Shown here: piece by piece, positions 24,860-38,394 of the stretch
How positions within the stretch are numbered: position 1 is the first letter of the stretch
How the letters are laid out: each line of letters starts with the position of its first letter
NCBI GenBank assembly: GCA_965112155.1
Contig: OZ218100.1
DNA: 64,000 bases
Strand: one strand, 5' to 3'
Source of the DNA: Podarcis liolepis
Taxonomy: Eukaryota
Notes under the pieces: model-generated
Databases searched by the model: none
The model's input: only the letters and a program-made list of their open reading frames with translations
What the model was told of the DNA's origin: nothing
Made by a program: the position numbers and the translations under genes

Positions 24860-25650
24860 TTCTTTTCTTTTCTTTTTTGTATATAATTTTTATTAGTTTT
24901 CCATTTAATAATATACAATCACATATTGTTATCCACTTTACCTCCATGGCTCTTTAGAGCCCACTGACTTCCTTCCCTCCTGCCTAATGGCTTTCAAAAT
25001 CAGCCTTTATATCGTTGCATTTTATACATTTTCCAATTCTAATTTCACTCATTACGAAAAAATACATTAAAATTTAAGTTAAAATAAAGAGGGAGAAAAT
25101 TTCTCATTACTAGTCTTCAGATAACCCTGCTAGTGTTGTTAATTGCTTACGGTAATCTTTCAAATATTGTATAAATTTGCTCCAGTCATTTTGGAATACA
25201 GTGGTACCTCGGGTTAAGTACTTAATTCGTTCCGGAGGTCCGTTTTTAACCTGAAACTGTTCTTAACCTGAAGCACCACTTTAGCTAATGGGGCCTGCTG
25301 CTGCTGCCGCTGCACCGCCGGAGCCCGATTTCTGTTCTCATCCTGAAGCAAAGTTCTTAACCTGAAGCACTATTTCTGGGTTAGTGGAGTCTGTAACCTG
25401 AAGTGTATGTAACCTGAAGTGTATGTAACCCGAGGTACCACTGTACTTGATAATGCTGGTTTTGGATTTTTCCTGTCAGCTTCACCAGTTCCACAAAGTC
25501 CATCATTTTCATCTGCCACTCTTATTTGGTTGGTAGTTCTTGTTGTTTCCATTTTGGGGCTAAAAGAATTCTTGCTGCTGTTGCTCCATACATAAACAGT
25601 CTTTTATCTTCCCTTGGTATCTCTTTACCCACTATACGCAATAAAAAGGC
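24860..25650 (-). mobile_element. 5'-truncated L1 LINE interrupted by a MITE
   Basis: AFLLRIVGKE...FMYGATAARILLAPKWK...EWQMKMMDF..., resuming FQNDWSKFIQYL after the MITE; AATAAA and A-rich tail at ~24860-24895. Confidence 0.8.
25199..25443. mobile_element. Tigger/pogo-like MITE
   Basis: TIR CAGTGGTACCTCGGGTTA; TA TSD at 25197-98 and 25444-45; second copy at 39853. Confidence 0.9.
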
Positions 25651-26281
25651 CATGCTCAATGCTGGTATGTGGCTCCTGGCAGATTGCTCACTGAGGAATG
25701 CGGCCCTCAGATTAAAGACAGGCTGACACAATGTGGTTCATTTGGAGAATGGGAAGGCTCAAACTAATCCCTGTCACTCAGGCAACCTAACTACATACAG
25801 ACAGCAGAAGTGCAACCCTGCAGCTGTCTGATTTGCAATGAAAGGTGTGCATGTGTGGAGGGAAGAACACAATGCTCAATGGTCTGAGCAACACCACATT
25901 GCAAGGAAAACCAGTGAAGGAGGAGACATCCAGCAGTTGTTGTTTAAAAAACAATTTCAAGGCTTGGAAGGTGCAAATGACCTTGTAGACTCTTTGCAAC
26001 AAGGTGATATCTCACAGATATTTTTATTCATTATTTTATTCACAGATGAGGAACCTGGGATCCTTCAGGTGCCATTGGACTCCAACTCTCAGCAGCCCCA
26101 GCCAATATTCAGAGAGAGTTTCAGTCCAGCAGCATATGGAGAGCCACAGATTCCCCATCCTTGTTCTAACTGTTGTCAAAGTGGGCCTCCATGGTACGGA
26201 CATTGGTTGCAGGAAGCACAAGCACCCATTGGGCATCTGTTTCTCAGGTGCATAATTTAGCCATGTGTAAAAATGGGAGCA

Positions 26282-26630
26282 GGGACGCAGGTGGCGCTGT
26301 GGGTTAAACCACAGAGCCTAGGACTTGCTGATCAGAAGGTCGGTGGTTTGAATCCCCGCGACGCAGTGAGCTCCCGTTGCTCGGTCCCAGCTCCTGCCAA
26401 CCTAGCAGTTCGAAAGCACGTCAAAGTGCAAGTAGATAAATAGGGACCACTCCGGCAGGAAGGTAAACGGCGTTTCCGTGGGCTGCTCTGGTTCGCCAGA
26501 AGTGGCTTAGTCATGCTGGCCACATGACCTGGAAGCTGTATGCCGGCTCCCTCGGCCCATAGAGTAAGATGAGCGCTGCAACCCCAGTCGGTCATGACTG
26601 GACCTAATGGTCAGGGGTCCCTTTACCTTT
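26282..26630 (+). mobile_element. Full-length Sauria SINE
   Basis: GGGACGCAGGTGGCGCTGTGG head with A/B boxes, CTTTACCTTT tail; TSD taaaaatgggagca / taaaaacaggagca. Confidence 0.95.
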
Positions 26631-27837
26631 AAAAACAGGAGCAGTTCTTACCGTGCACAGAGTAGACAGGTGAGAGAATGTAAAACATAGGAGGAAAGCA
26701 CACTCCCAGGTCAAGCAGCCATCCAGGCCAGGCCAGACAATTTAGAGATCCTTCCTGCTCCAGTGGTCCAAATACTCAAAAGTGCTTGAAAAACAGTTCA
26801 CCAAATGGCCACAAAGGGTCCTGAATCTTCCTCTGGAATGTGAAAATGAGCTCCTGCTTGGGGCAGGACAGGCTTCAGGGAGCTGGTATTGTATTACATT
26901 CCATCAAAGTGAGGCATAAACTGTGATGGACAATTCCCAGAGATTCCCCAGGTGGGTGACATCTCTGACCCTTTGGGCTGATACCGGTGGAGTGAATCAG
27001 TTTATCCTCTCGAAATGCTCACAAAACCAGGGCAGTGAAATTCCACAGTGTAGATCAGAGTCTTAGAGTCTTTGCTGCTTCCCAGGACATGAAAGCTCCC
27101 CCGCCCTCCATCAGCCCTGTTTGGCAGCTGATTTGAGATCAGTCTGGCTTGCTCCATATCTCTGTCCAGGGAATGGATTTTCCAACTCCCCATGAGTCAG
27201 GAATGTGCAGCGTCTTTACCACAGAAATCTGATAGGGCTGGCATTTATTTATTTTTTAAGTTTGTACCAAGCTGTGAACATGTTCCATAGGCCTGTTCTT
27301 ATCAGTCCTGACACCCTTTCATTCTTTCTGTCAGGGCACCCAAGATTAGGTTGCCTCCTAAGAACCAAACAGGCGTTCTGTCTCAGTCTCAGGTCTTACG
27401 TACATAGGGAATTCAAAAAATGTCCCATTAAAAGCTCTCATACCAAGAGAGCGTAGAAGTGAGAGGAAAAGAGAGACGTCATCGAGATTAATGATCCCAA
27501 AATCAAGGAAGTTCATCTTCACTTAGATTTTTGTTTTATAGGAACGTAACTGTGTCCCAATTCCCCCAAAGATCCAGCTTTCCTTTTTATAGTCTTATCT
27601 GAAAGATTTCACAATTTTGTTGTTGCGCTTCCATTCTTTATGTGAGCGCACTGGTCGCATCAGCAATGTTAGGGTTGTTTCCAATGCTGCCGTCTTGCTA
27701 GCGCAACTGATTTCTGCATGCAGAATGTCATTCCTGCATTGCAGAGGGTTGATCTAGATGGCCCTTGGGTTCCTTCCAACTCCAGAGTTCTACAATTCTA
27801 TGATCTAGTAATCTTCTTTTCAGCAGTGCTCACTTCA

Positions 27838-28320
27838 TATTTTTTTATATATAAATTTTTATTAGGATTTTCTCATTTTTTAAGACAAACACACAAAAAC
27901 ATAAACATCAACATTACACACAACTAACACATATAATTTCAAAATCTTATTTTCTTAACCACTTTCCCGGACTTCCCCCACCTCCCCTTCTTGCATCCCC
28001 ATTCAAAATTTAGCCCAGCAAGTTCTTTGTACCCAAGTTAATCCCTTATTAATATTTTACTTAAATCATCTTAATTAACCCTTTTCAAACTTCTATACCT
28101 CATTTTAATGCCCACATAACCCCTTTTTCTAAGATCGATCCACATTCCCTTTCACGAAGTTCCCAATTATTAAAGTATTTACAAAAAATCCTAACAAATA
28201 AAGGCATATACTTGTAACCCTTTGGATCCTAAGGCTCTTCCCCCCCTCCCCCAGTTTTGATCCCTAAAAAATTGTCCTTCTATCTAACAGTTCTCAGCCT
28301 GGAGCTCGCTTCAATCTTCA
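27838..28320 (-). mobile_element. Probable L1 3'UTR fragment
   Basis: T-run plus TTTATT start and composition like the other L1 3' ends here; 5' boundary uncertain. Confidence 0.5.
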
Positions 28321-29704
28321 TTTCTTTTTACCTTCTGGAAAGACTGTGGAAGCATGTAGACAATTAGGTGGACTCAGTGTGCCTTTGGAATGGCCACAGC
28401 TCCAAGGGGCAATCTTTTTGATCAAAGGCAAAGACCCATCTGATATGAAAGTCTATCGTTCCCAGAGCAAGCGTGTACTTTGAAAAGGGCTACGTGACTC
28501 AAGACAATCACATGGCCCCAGTTCATGTATCAGGAGAAGAAACCACAAGCTTGTGTCAAAACAATGTCATCTTCTATTCATAATCTTACCCTGGCATTCA
28601 TTCAACTACAGGATGAGAGATTGCTCTCATTGGTGAGTTGCACAACCGGTCTTCTTCACTCCTTCACCCTCTACATCTCTGTGTTGCTGTGGTTTTATAT
28701 TTACTCGTCTCTCACCCCCTCAAAGAGCTAATTATGAATGGTTGTTTCCTTACTGGTGTGCTTATTCTTGGAACACTTTGTCCAGAGTTGTGCCACACTC
28801 ATGATGCATACAGGCTGCTGTGCCAATTTCCCTGTGTGTCTTGGGAAAAAAGGAAGAAGGGTGCTATGTTTTTCCTGCCCCAGGAGAAAATGGAAATGTT
28901 TGCAAGGTGGAGATTTGGGCACAGTTAGGTTTGATCTGTGTCTGCTTTTTGGAGTCAGGTTTCCCGCCCCCACCTATATCCTTTGAAAAGCACCCTTAAA
29001 AGAGGTGTCTAAAAAATAAGTGCAGCCAAACCCTGCAAGGGTCACTTGAGAATCTCACAAGCTGATATGTTTTCTCTCTGACATGATTGTGTATTTGGCT
29101 TTCATCTACAATGTTTTATTTCATGTTTTAGGTTGTAAATTGCTTTGAGAATTTTAAATATATATATGTATAAAGTTGTACATAAGTGATTTAAATAAAT
29201 AAAATCAATTTCCAGCACCTGGTCCTAAGAGGCTCACTGACTCAGGCAGTGCAAGTAAAGTACAACTAACACAATTAGTAGCCATTGATAGCCTTATCCC
29301 CCATGAATTTGTCTTCTCAAGCCATCCAGTTTAGCCATACAGCATATGAAATCCAACCCTCACTCCCTTTATTCCGTCCCATGTCCCATTTCAGCATTCT
29401 GTTCTGCAGTAGCTGCAGCCTTCCTAAAGCTCTCTAGCCTAGAAGTGCCCATTCCAGCTGGCAATGGCTCTCCAGGGTTTAAAGCAGGAATCTTATCTAG
29501 CTGTGCTTCCTGATCCTTCTAGCTTGGGATGCACAAGATATTGAACCCAGGATCTTCTGCATGCCACCATGTGATCTGTCACCAACCAATGGGTCTCTTT
29601 AGTGAGGTGGAGACATCGTTCTGTGGCAGACCCCATGTAAGTGGAGCCTCATTTCCACCTAGGGCAGAGCCTGAAGAACCTGCAATATATTGCACACACT
29701 AAAC

Positions 29705-30055
29705 CAGGGGTCTGCAACCTTTAAGACAAAAAGAGCCACTTGGACCCGTTTCCGAAGAAAAAACAACTGGGAGCCGCAAAACCATTGCGACATTTAAAAC
29801 AAATATAACACTGCATATATTGTTTCTTACCTTAATGTCCGATCTGACAGCGGGCGGGAAGGTGATGTCAGGACAGTGCGTGACTAACACATGCACCGCC
29901 CCCATGCGACATCACAGCCAGTACAGCGCCCGCCACAGTGGGGAGTGTCGGGGCGCACAATGCGCCTCCTCCCCTCGCTAGTATCCACCCCGGAGCCGCG
30001 GCAAAGGTGTAAAAGAGCCACATGCGGCTCCGGAGCCGCGGGTTGCAGACCCCTG
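29705..30055. mobile_element. hAT MITE
   Basis: TIR CAGGGGTCTGCAACC / GGTTGCAGACCCCTG; perfect 8-bp TSD cactaaac. Confidence 0.92.
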
Positions 30056-31428
30056 CACTAAACCCTTGGGTTTTCTTTCCTTCTCCCCCATTCCAGTGTA
30101 TTCAGTATGAGTTACCTTTGAAAAGCCTTCTCGCTAACTGCAGACACAGCCGTGATGGTAGGCCTCCCAGGATGGTGGCTCAAGAACCTGCCTTTCTCAG
30201 GATTTGGCAGCACCTGTTCTTCCGAGGCTCAGCACTGCCATCTCCTAGGTCACCCCAAAGCAAAAGGCCACTTCAGGAACATCCTACCAGTCTCTCGCAA
30301 ACCGCATTGCATAACTTCATTTTGCATTTTTCCTTAGCTGGAAACACCTTGTGAGTCTCTCAGTTCCTGGTGCACACCCACAAGGAGAAGAGCAAGAACA
30401 CTGAGTGTGTCACTTGCAATGTCCACATCCTTCTTTCATGACCTATATATGTCACAGGCAGTTCCCCCACGCCTGCAGGATCAAAGAAGGACCGTGGAAC
30501 AAAATGGTTTGGTTCTGGGAGAAAGGTAATGCATCCAATACGCCTTACCTTTTCTTCCTTTCCCACCCAGTAGCTTGCTAAGGGTTTGCCAACACAAGGG
30601 TGAAGATGCCATGCTATGCAGGCTGCCTCACAAAAACCAGGAGAAGTTTAGTGGGCTCTGTAACCCACACATCTTTGCTATAGGAGTGCATAGCCTTGGC
30701 CCATGGCTCTGTTAACAGAAGACGAGAGCATCAGCCACCCCTTGAAACAGTGGTTTTATTATTATTTTTTACAATAGTGATGCCCTCCCCTCCCAATTAA
30801 CATATTGTTACATGCCACCCCAATCTCTGCTGAGTGGTGCGAGATTCCAGGGGTCTTGGTACTCACCCAGGGTTTATGTTTCCTTTGGAAAAATGAGGCA
30901 CAGCAGAGACTGAAGTGTCTCTATGAAATATGGTTTATTTACACATGAGCCTACTGTGGAGAAAGTTCAGAGCATTCACATCTCAAGAAGGCCTTGCTTC
31001 CTTTAGAAGTGTGGCCATGGATTCCAGGGCACCATCTCTGTGTCTCTTCCCCAGCTTATCTTAGCTAGCCTGGATGGAGTTCTGTCCATTTCCTGCTTCT
31101 TCTTCCCGGAACTTCTTCCAAACGCAAGTCCCCCTTTTGTTTATATCATCACCTACTGTCACCCTGGCAACCCCTGTTTACCAAGCCTGATGCAAAATAG
31201 CACTTTCCCCTGTTGTTTACCACAGGCAAACTGTAATCCTACACCAAAGCTACTGGCCTTTTGCGTTACTAGCTAAGACCAGGGCCCAGGGAGGCTTCAC
31301 CCATTTAGCTGTCTCACACTGAATCCCTCGGTGGCCCAGTCTGCTTTCTTTTGTTAGGCAAATCACTCAACCACTATTGGTGATTACCTCATGAGGAAGC
31401 TGGTCAATGTTGTTAGCATAAGCTTAAT

Positions 31429-31595
31429 CAGTGCTTTTTTCTAAAAAAATGTTTAGGGCTACTCTCATTTTGACTCAAGAAAATCACCATTTTATAGTTC
31501 AAATCAGAATAAATAAATAAATACAGTAATTGGACAAAAGTACAAACATTCACAAAATGTTTAGGGGTATGCGTCCCCTCAGGAAAAAAGCACTG
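31429..31595. mobile_element. hAT MITE
   Basis: TIR CAGTGCTTTTTT; perfect TSD agcttaat; related inverted copy at 63434. Confidence 0.9.
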
Positions 31596-32884
31596 AGCTT
31601 AATCAATGGGTTTCAGTATTTGGCACAGTTTTAACCAAACTTTGATTCATTCTAACTTTTACTAAAAATTATTAATTTTACTAATGCCCATGCACCCACG
31701 ACTCTGGGACCCAGACATGTAGCAATATATCCTCTGAGCAACTGAAACAAAATGATAACCACACTTTCCAATCGACAAGATTCATGTAGCTTTCTTGTTC
31801 TATCAAAAACAAACTGTTACATTTTTTTCTGGTCAGGGTCCCATGCAAAGCTGAACTAAATATATCCCTCATTTTAAAATAAGTCAATTGCTTAAATAAT
31901 CCAAAGTAGTAAAGGAAAAATCCCAAACAAATCCTAATAATAGAAGAGGCTCCTAACATTGCTATTCATGGAACACATGTCACATTTAAGATGATGGTTG
32001 TTTTTTAAAATTTCTCAAGAAGTCATAAAACCAGGTCAGTGTGGACTGGCATTCTTTTGAGCATTTAATTTGCTGGAAGAAGGGAGGAAGAAATGTTTGA
32101 AGCCTTCAAATATGTAAAGGTCAATTTTGGGAAAGTATTCTGGGGAAATTGAGAGAGACTGACGCTGCCTTTTACACCCGACCCCACCCACCACTGTCGC
32201 TAAATAGCTATTTCAGTAATTTTGCATGAAGGACTAAGTTCCTTACACTGCATATTAAGATTGTTATTACAAAGAGCGGTGTTTCAAATACAGCATTTAT
32301 CTTAAGTGGAGGCTGCCTGGGATAACATGAAAGATGGTAAGAGTTTAGTCTTCAAAGTTTGCAGAGACTCCCAGCTTCTTTTATCTTATACCAAAGGGTG
32401 TGGACAAGAAAAAGCAGTTGAAGGCAAAGCAGAAAACGACATTTGTCTGGTTCTTCTATAAACAAACTACAGGCAAGACAGGTCAGCTAATGTCTCAGCC
32501 AGAGGCCTGAGAAACTAATTACCAATCTCTTAGATAATCAGCTCACTTATCTGGGGTAGAACATGCATTGCCTAAAACAATTTCCTTGTGAACAAAATTA
32601 TTATACAGTGGTCTTGTTTCTTGACAGAAACCTTTGGAATCTAAAGTTTTATGTCAAGGAACCATAACATTTTATTCCTGGCCAGATTTGGTGTCCCCCA
32701 ACCTCAGCGGCTGACTTTTATTATTACTTATTAAATTTATATATTGCTCTTCCTCTAAGGACTTTGACAAGTGTTTGCGGCCTGTCCACCTGTCAATCAT
32801 TTGACATCCCAATGATGTCAAGTGACTTATTTTTCCTTTGTATTGCAGCAAACATTGACCCATGAGACTAGACCTTCAAGTGTC

Positions 32885-33290
32885 CCTGCAGTCATGAGCT
32901 GTTTAAGGCTTTGTAGGTCAAAGCCAGCACTTTGAATTGGGCTCAGAAACTACTTGGCAGCCAGTGCAGTCAGGGTCAGGGGAATATGCTCAAACCATCT
33001 TGCCCTGGTGAGCAACCTAAGTGCTGAATTCTGCATCAGTTGAAGTTCCCGAATTGTTTTCAGAGGCAGCTTCAAGCACAACACAGTGCAATAATGTAAC
33101 CTAGAGGTTACCAGAGCATAGCTAGCAGAAGTTAGGCTATTCCCTGTCCATATAGGGGTGCAGCTGGGCAACCAGCTGAAGCTGATGGAGGGCACTCCAT
33201 GCCACTGAGGCCACCTGAGCCTCAGGTGACAGCAGCAGTACCCTCAGGCTGTGTACCTGCTCCTTCAGAGAGAGTGTAACCCTGTCAAAT
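32885..33290 (-). mobile_element. L2 LINE ORF2 fragment
   Basis: ALVTSRLHYC...LPLKTIRELQLMQNSALRLL...EHI is the degenerate L2 C-terminal motif. Confidence 0.85.
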
Positions 33291-33518
33291 ACTTCCCCCA
33301 CCTAAGCATAACCTGAGTATATATGTAAATAAAATAGAAAGTATAGACTGGAATACTATTGCATGATGCCAGAGTTAAGAGAAGTCCACCTTGATTTACA
33401 GCCCACTTAATGCAGTTAGGATAACATAAGATCAAAATCGCAACAGCTCTCTGCTTGGAATGCTCTCTCAGAATTTTCAGTTCAGTTTCATGTGTACTTT
33501 GGTATAGTCTGGGTAAAG

Positions 33519-33654
33519 CAGTCTTCCTCAAACTCGGCCCTCCAGATGTTTTGAGGCTACAGTTCCCATCATCCCTGACCACTGGTCTTGCTAACTAGGG
33601 ATCATGGGAGTTGTAGGCCAAAAACATCTGGAGGACCGAGGTTGAGGAAGCCTG
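33519..33654. mobile_element. Palindromic hAT-like MITE
   Basis: Same family as 23074; TSD gggtaaag / gggtaaaa. Confidence 0.85.
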
Positions 33655-35489
33655 GGGTAAAACATGAGGATGAATGTGTTTTACCAAAGGCTACAGGAAA
33701 AAGATGAGGGTTCGAAGGAAGCTTTAAGAGCTGAGAACAAGATGGCAAGGAGGGACTGAGAAAACACTGTTATGCATATACCTCAGTTCTCCAAGCAGTG
33801 AAGGTTCTGTGTTTCCAGCACTTCTGACTTTGGGTTTCCTTTGGAATCAAAAGACATGGTGAACGTCTGGCACTTTGTACCATTTACAACAGCCACCACA
33901 TAGCTTTGTTTTTATAGCCAGGCATACATTCAGCCATCAATAATACAAAGGTTGCAGGTGCAAGGCCTATATGGCACAGCTGCATATGCCTGCATTGCAC
34001 TAGATGATCCTCAGGGTCCCTTCCAACTCTACAACTTAATGATTCTATGATCTATTCAATATTCCCTGCACTAATCAAACCCAAAGTTAACAGGTTAGCA
34101 TATAATGTGGCTAATGTCAGGCAATTTTGCTAGGGTCGTGCAGGTTTGCATCTAAAGACAGTGTCTAATATTTCACAAGCACTTATCCTTACCACTGTAA
34201 GGAGAACTATTTAAGCTAGAGAAGCAATTCAAGATTTCAAAAACTTAATCAGTCTGTGATACCACCCAGTAAAGGAAATCTAGCAAACCACAAGTTGGTT
34301 ATGCTTGTGATGCTTGCCCATCTGTGCAATGCCATCTTTCAGAAATGTCATCCTCATGCAAGCTGATTCAGTGCATGTGATAGTCTCTCCTCGCTGGAGG
34401 CAAGTTGTCCCACTTTCTCATTCTTTTAAGTTAGTAGCTGTGTGGATAATTTACTGCCCACATTTACTTTGATCAGATGATACAGCCAAAGGTTTTACGG
34501 GGCCTTGCGCTTCCTGGACACCAATCCCAGAAGGTATTGGCAGGGCTAGGAAAGACAGCCAGTTCCTCTGCAGCCTGGAAGCAACACACAGGAAACTAGC
34601 GCAGAGGTAAGGGAAGGCATACACCCCTAGGCAGGGGGGCAGGAGCCCGTAAAAGGCATCTTGCTCAGTCACCCTCACCCAAAAAACTTGTATTTATGGT
34701 GCAGTAAAATGACAGTCTAGAAAAGTTTATTACGATTGTGTCCTGTCCCCTTTTACGAGATTTCCCTTTTCTTCTAACCTACTTCATCTGAATATTTTTT
34801 TCAGCTTCAAAAAAGCAATACGTTAACCGATATTTCATTAGCCAACAGCAAATTGAGCACTCATTTAAAACATAATTTTCTCTTTTTTCTTTTCAGAGTC
34901 ACTAGGGATCATATGCACTGAAAGTGTATTGCATACAATAGGGCAAAAAGCATGGGAAATGCCTTTGGACATCTACTTGGTGTCCCAAAGCATTTAAGCA
35001 GACAGACCAAACAGGCTCATGGAAGGCATTAGGAAGAGCCTAAAGGGACGGATTTGCCAAGTGTTGTGTCAGGAGCTGTGTTAAAGAGCAATGTGGTTAG
35101 TCATATGCGTCAAATCAATGCTTTTTTAACAGGAGACTTGGGGGTAGGTTGAGGATATTTTGGGTTTTTGGATGGGAGGTTTTTAACTAGAGGTTAAGAG
35201 GCATTTCCTGCTCTGGATGGAACAACTTGGTTTATAACATGGCACCAGAGTGGCAGTGCCCAGTGGGCCTAATGAGGAGGCATGGCATTTTTTCCGTTTG
35301 GAGACACAGGATCACAAGATGCAACTAAAATTTTAATGTCTAGGAACAGCTATCTGCCAAACATTGCAAAACAAACAATGAATGGTGCTTTAAATGATAC
35401 AAAAAAACAGCTGTGTCTTATTTTTAATCTTTACACAGGCAAACTACGGAACGGCCAGTAACATGTCCACCATTCTCTTGCTTGAGTCA

Positions 35490-35879
35490 CCATATTTTTC
35501 CGTGTATAAGACACCCCCATGTATAAGACGACCGCTAATTTTTTAAACCCCAAATCAAGAAATTGAGTTGTTTAGCTTTTTTGGAAGGTGGGGGAGGTCA
35601 CTTCTGTCAATTGCTCACCCGCCTGCCCGCCACTGCTGATCGCACACCTAGCCGCAGCCGCCAATCACGTGCCCAATTGCCGCAGTCACAGCCAATCGCC
35701 AGCAGGCCTTGCTGCAGCCACCAATCACCCGCCCAATTGCCGCTGCCAATCTCTTGCTTGCTGCTGCCATTAATCACATGTGCCCCCTCTGCATTCACTA
35801 TCTGTGTATAAGACGACACCCAATTTTTGCCTTTTTTTTTTTAAGCAAAAAGCACCGTCTTATACACGGAAAAATACAG
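35490..35879. mobile_element. Tc2-like MITE
   Basis: TIR ccatatttttccgtgtataagac / gtcttatacacggaaaaatacag|ta. Confidence 0.82.
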
Positions 35880-38394
35880 TATCTTTCAGATTGTAAGCTT
35901 CTTGAAAGCAGGGGCCTGTCTCTTTTTGTAAAACTCTGTAAGGTGCCCTCCACTGATGGTATTGTACAAATAATAGGCCTTATAATTATGATCAACACCC
36001 ACCCAGAAAACTATGTCCCCACTGGAAGGATGTGTGGATCCAGAATTGGCCTCCACGGTCACTTACGGAATCACCTTTAAAACCGTGTTTATGGAAGACA
36101 ATCTTACTCGGCTACGAGTGATTGCCAAAGGCGAAGAATAATAATAATCAGGAACGAAATTATGACATTCCTAAAAAGGAGTTTAAATGTGCATGACAAC
36201 ACATACCGGTATATGTTTTGTAAGTTGCATATTGTGATGTGTTGGTCACGAAAACTGTTGCATGTAAATAATGTTTTAGGTAACAACTTGTCAGATTTTC
36301 TTAACACTAATAAACTCAAAGAAGAGAATAAAGTTCAAACACACACACACATATATCTTGTCATTTGGTTAGGTGGGAAAAGTAAGTGTTTTTGTAACCA
36401 ACATAGCACAAAGCCGAGACTAGTTTTCTGGTCTTTAGCTCATCTGATTTTATTCCTATTCTCAGTTTATCAAATGATAAAGCAAAACTATCAATGCAAC
36501 AAAAGGTCATTAAGCTATTATCTATTTCCTTGGAGAGGCCTTTAATGGAAGATGGGGGGGGGGGGATAAAGAAATTCTGAGTCATCTTGCATGTCCTGCT
36601 TCTGGTTGTTTTATTCAGGTTTAAAATGTCGTTTTGAAAAACAGTTGCCAGATAATGAAACTTTGGGAGATTCTCTTTTAAATGATATTCAACATATTAA
36701 ATATATGTGAAAATGAACAATGGAATTACTTGGATATAAAATAGGCACCATGACGTACTGCAAGCCACATTTTGCACTGTATAGTTTGGTTTTCTCTGCT
36801 TCAGCAAATATCAGAAGCCACTTCTTCATGTGTGGCTTCTACACAGAACATCTGTCAGAGTACCTCTTGACTGCAGAGTCTTGCAGATCCATGCAATCAT
36901 GCTCAAGATAGTTTTCTATATTCACCAGAAGCCTCTCATTAATTTTAAGTAATCTAACAATGAAAACTGTCTTAAGGGATATGTCACTACATTTCCCCCG
37001 ATATTGCATTATCCAAAAAATGACTATTCCCCACAATCTTATGGTTTGTAAATATGAACATAGGACTTCTGCCGTGTTAAAAGCTTGCATCCCAATTGTC
37101 TGAGTGGTGAGAACTCCAGACCTGCAAGTTTACCAAGGCTTTGGGCTCTCTCTCTCTCTTTTTTTTTAGTGAGATCACATGTGCAGGGCTTCCACTGACT
37201 GGACTTATTTGTTGAATCCTGCCCTATGACCAAGTGACCTGTGTGCCTTCTCAATCTGCATGCAACTGATGGACAACTTCTCCAAGCCCCTTCTTTGGAC
37301 TCTTTTATCTTTCAATCAGACAATCCATCAAACAGCATATCCCTTCGAAAAGAGATCTCTCTTCTGTAAAGTAGGGCAGAGGTCCACTCTCATGGGTAGC
37401 CCAGGTTCTGGGTATGAGGTTGGATTTCTATGAATGTCTATAATTTTATTTTTGTCTACAGCCACACATTTCCCCAAGCCACACTCATGCTGGCAGACAT
37501 TATTCAGCAGAGGCCAAAGCACATATGCCTGCGCTCTTCAAACACACACTTCCCTTGGTGACAAAGCTGAATGGATTTGGCAAGATTACAGAGTTATATC
37601 TGTTTCCATGACAGTTGTCCATGGTGACTGGGGAAATGCAAGCACTGACTCATGCCTCTTTGTGGTGTGTTCACTTAAGAGAGCAATCCCCCCTGACAAC
37701 AAGTGCATTTTTGTGTTAGACCTCATCGTTAGAAAGCTTTAGTCAATAAAAGCCCTATTGCTGATCAAACACTTCTGAAGTCCTTACGTGAGCAGTTATT
37801 TTGAGAAACAAAATTCCACCTGCAAACGTGGCTTGAGAGCATTGGGAAATAATCTATCAAGCTGACCGCCAGATGTCATCAAAACATAAGGCTGCAAGAC
37901 AGCATTTGGCCCACCCAGGTTCCTATTCTTTGACAGCAAACTACACACTGTTTGCAAAATTAAAAGGAATGGAGACAAATCTGAGTTTTGCAGCCTTGGC
38001 AGCTGAACAGACGGATGCTAACTGTGCAACTGTGTTTGTTGGCCGTGGGCCAATATTTGCAAATGGCGCTGGCTGGTTTTTCACACCCCAACCAATGCAA
38101 GTAGATGGCCCAAGGAAGGCAGAGTGATATTTGGAGCCAATTATCAAGCAGGGAAAAAACCACAAAATGCAAACACTGGAAATGTGGTGCAATGATACCA
38201 TCACATATAGTATCATAATGCTTTATTATATGGGCTGGTTTTCCTACACTTACACTAAGCAGCACCTGGCTGCTTTGGAGAAGGTACATGTTCAGCCTTT
38301 GCTGAAGGGGCTGCAGAGCTTGGTTTGCTCTTTCATTTGTGTCCAAGTCGAGATACACCTGAAAGCTGAAATAGGTAATTTCTCTTTCTCAACT

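Noticed and set aside
26282-26360. tRNA-like A/B boxes (also 38395 and 40779)
   Set aside because: SINE heads followed by SINE bodies, not tRNA genes.
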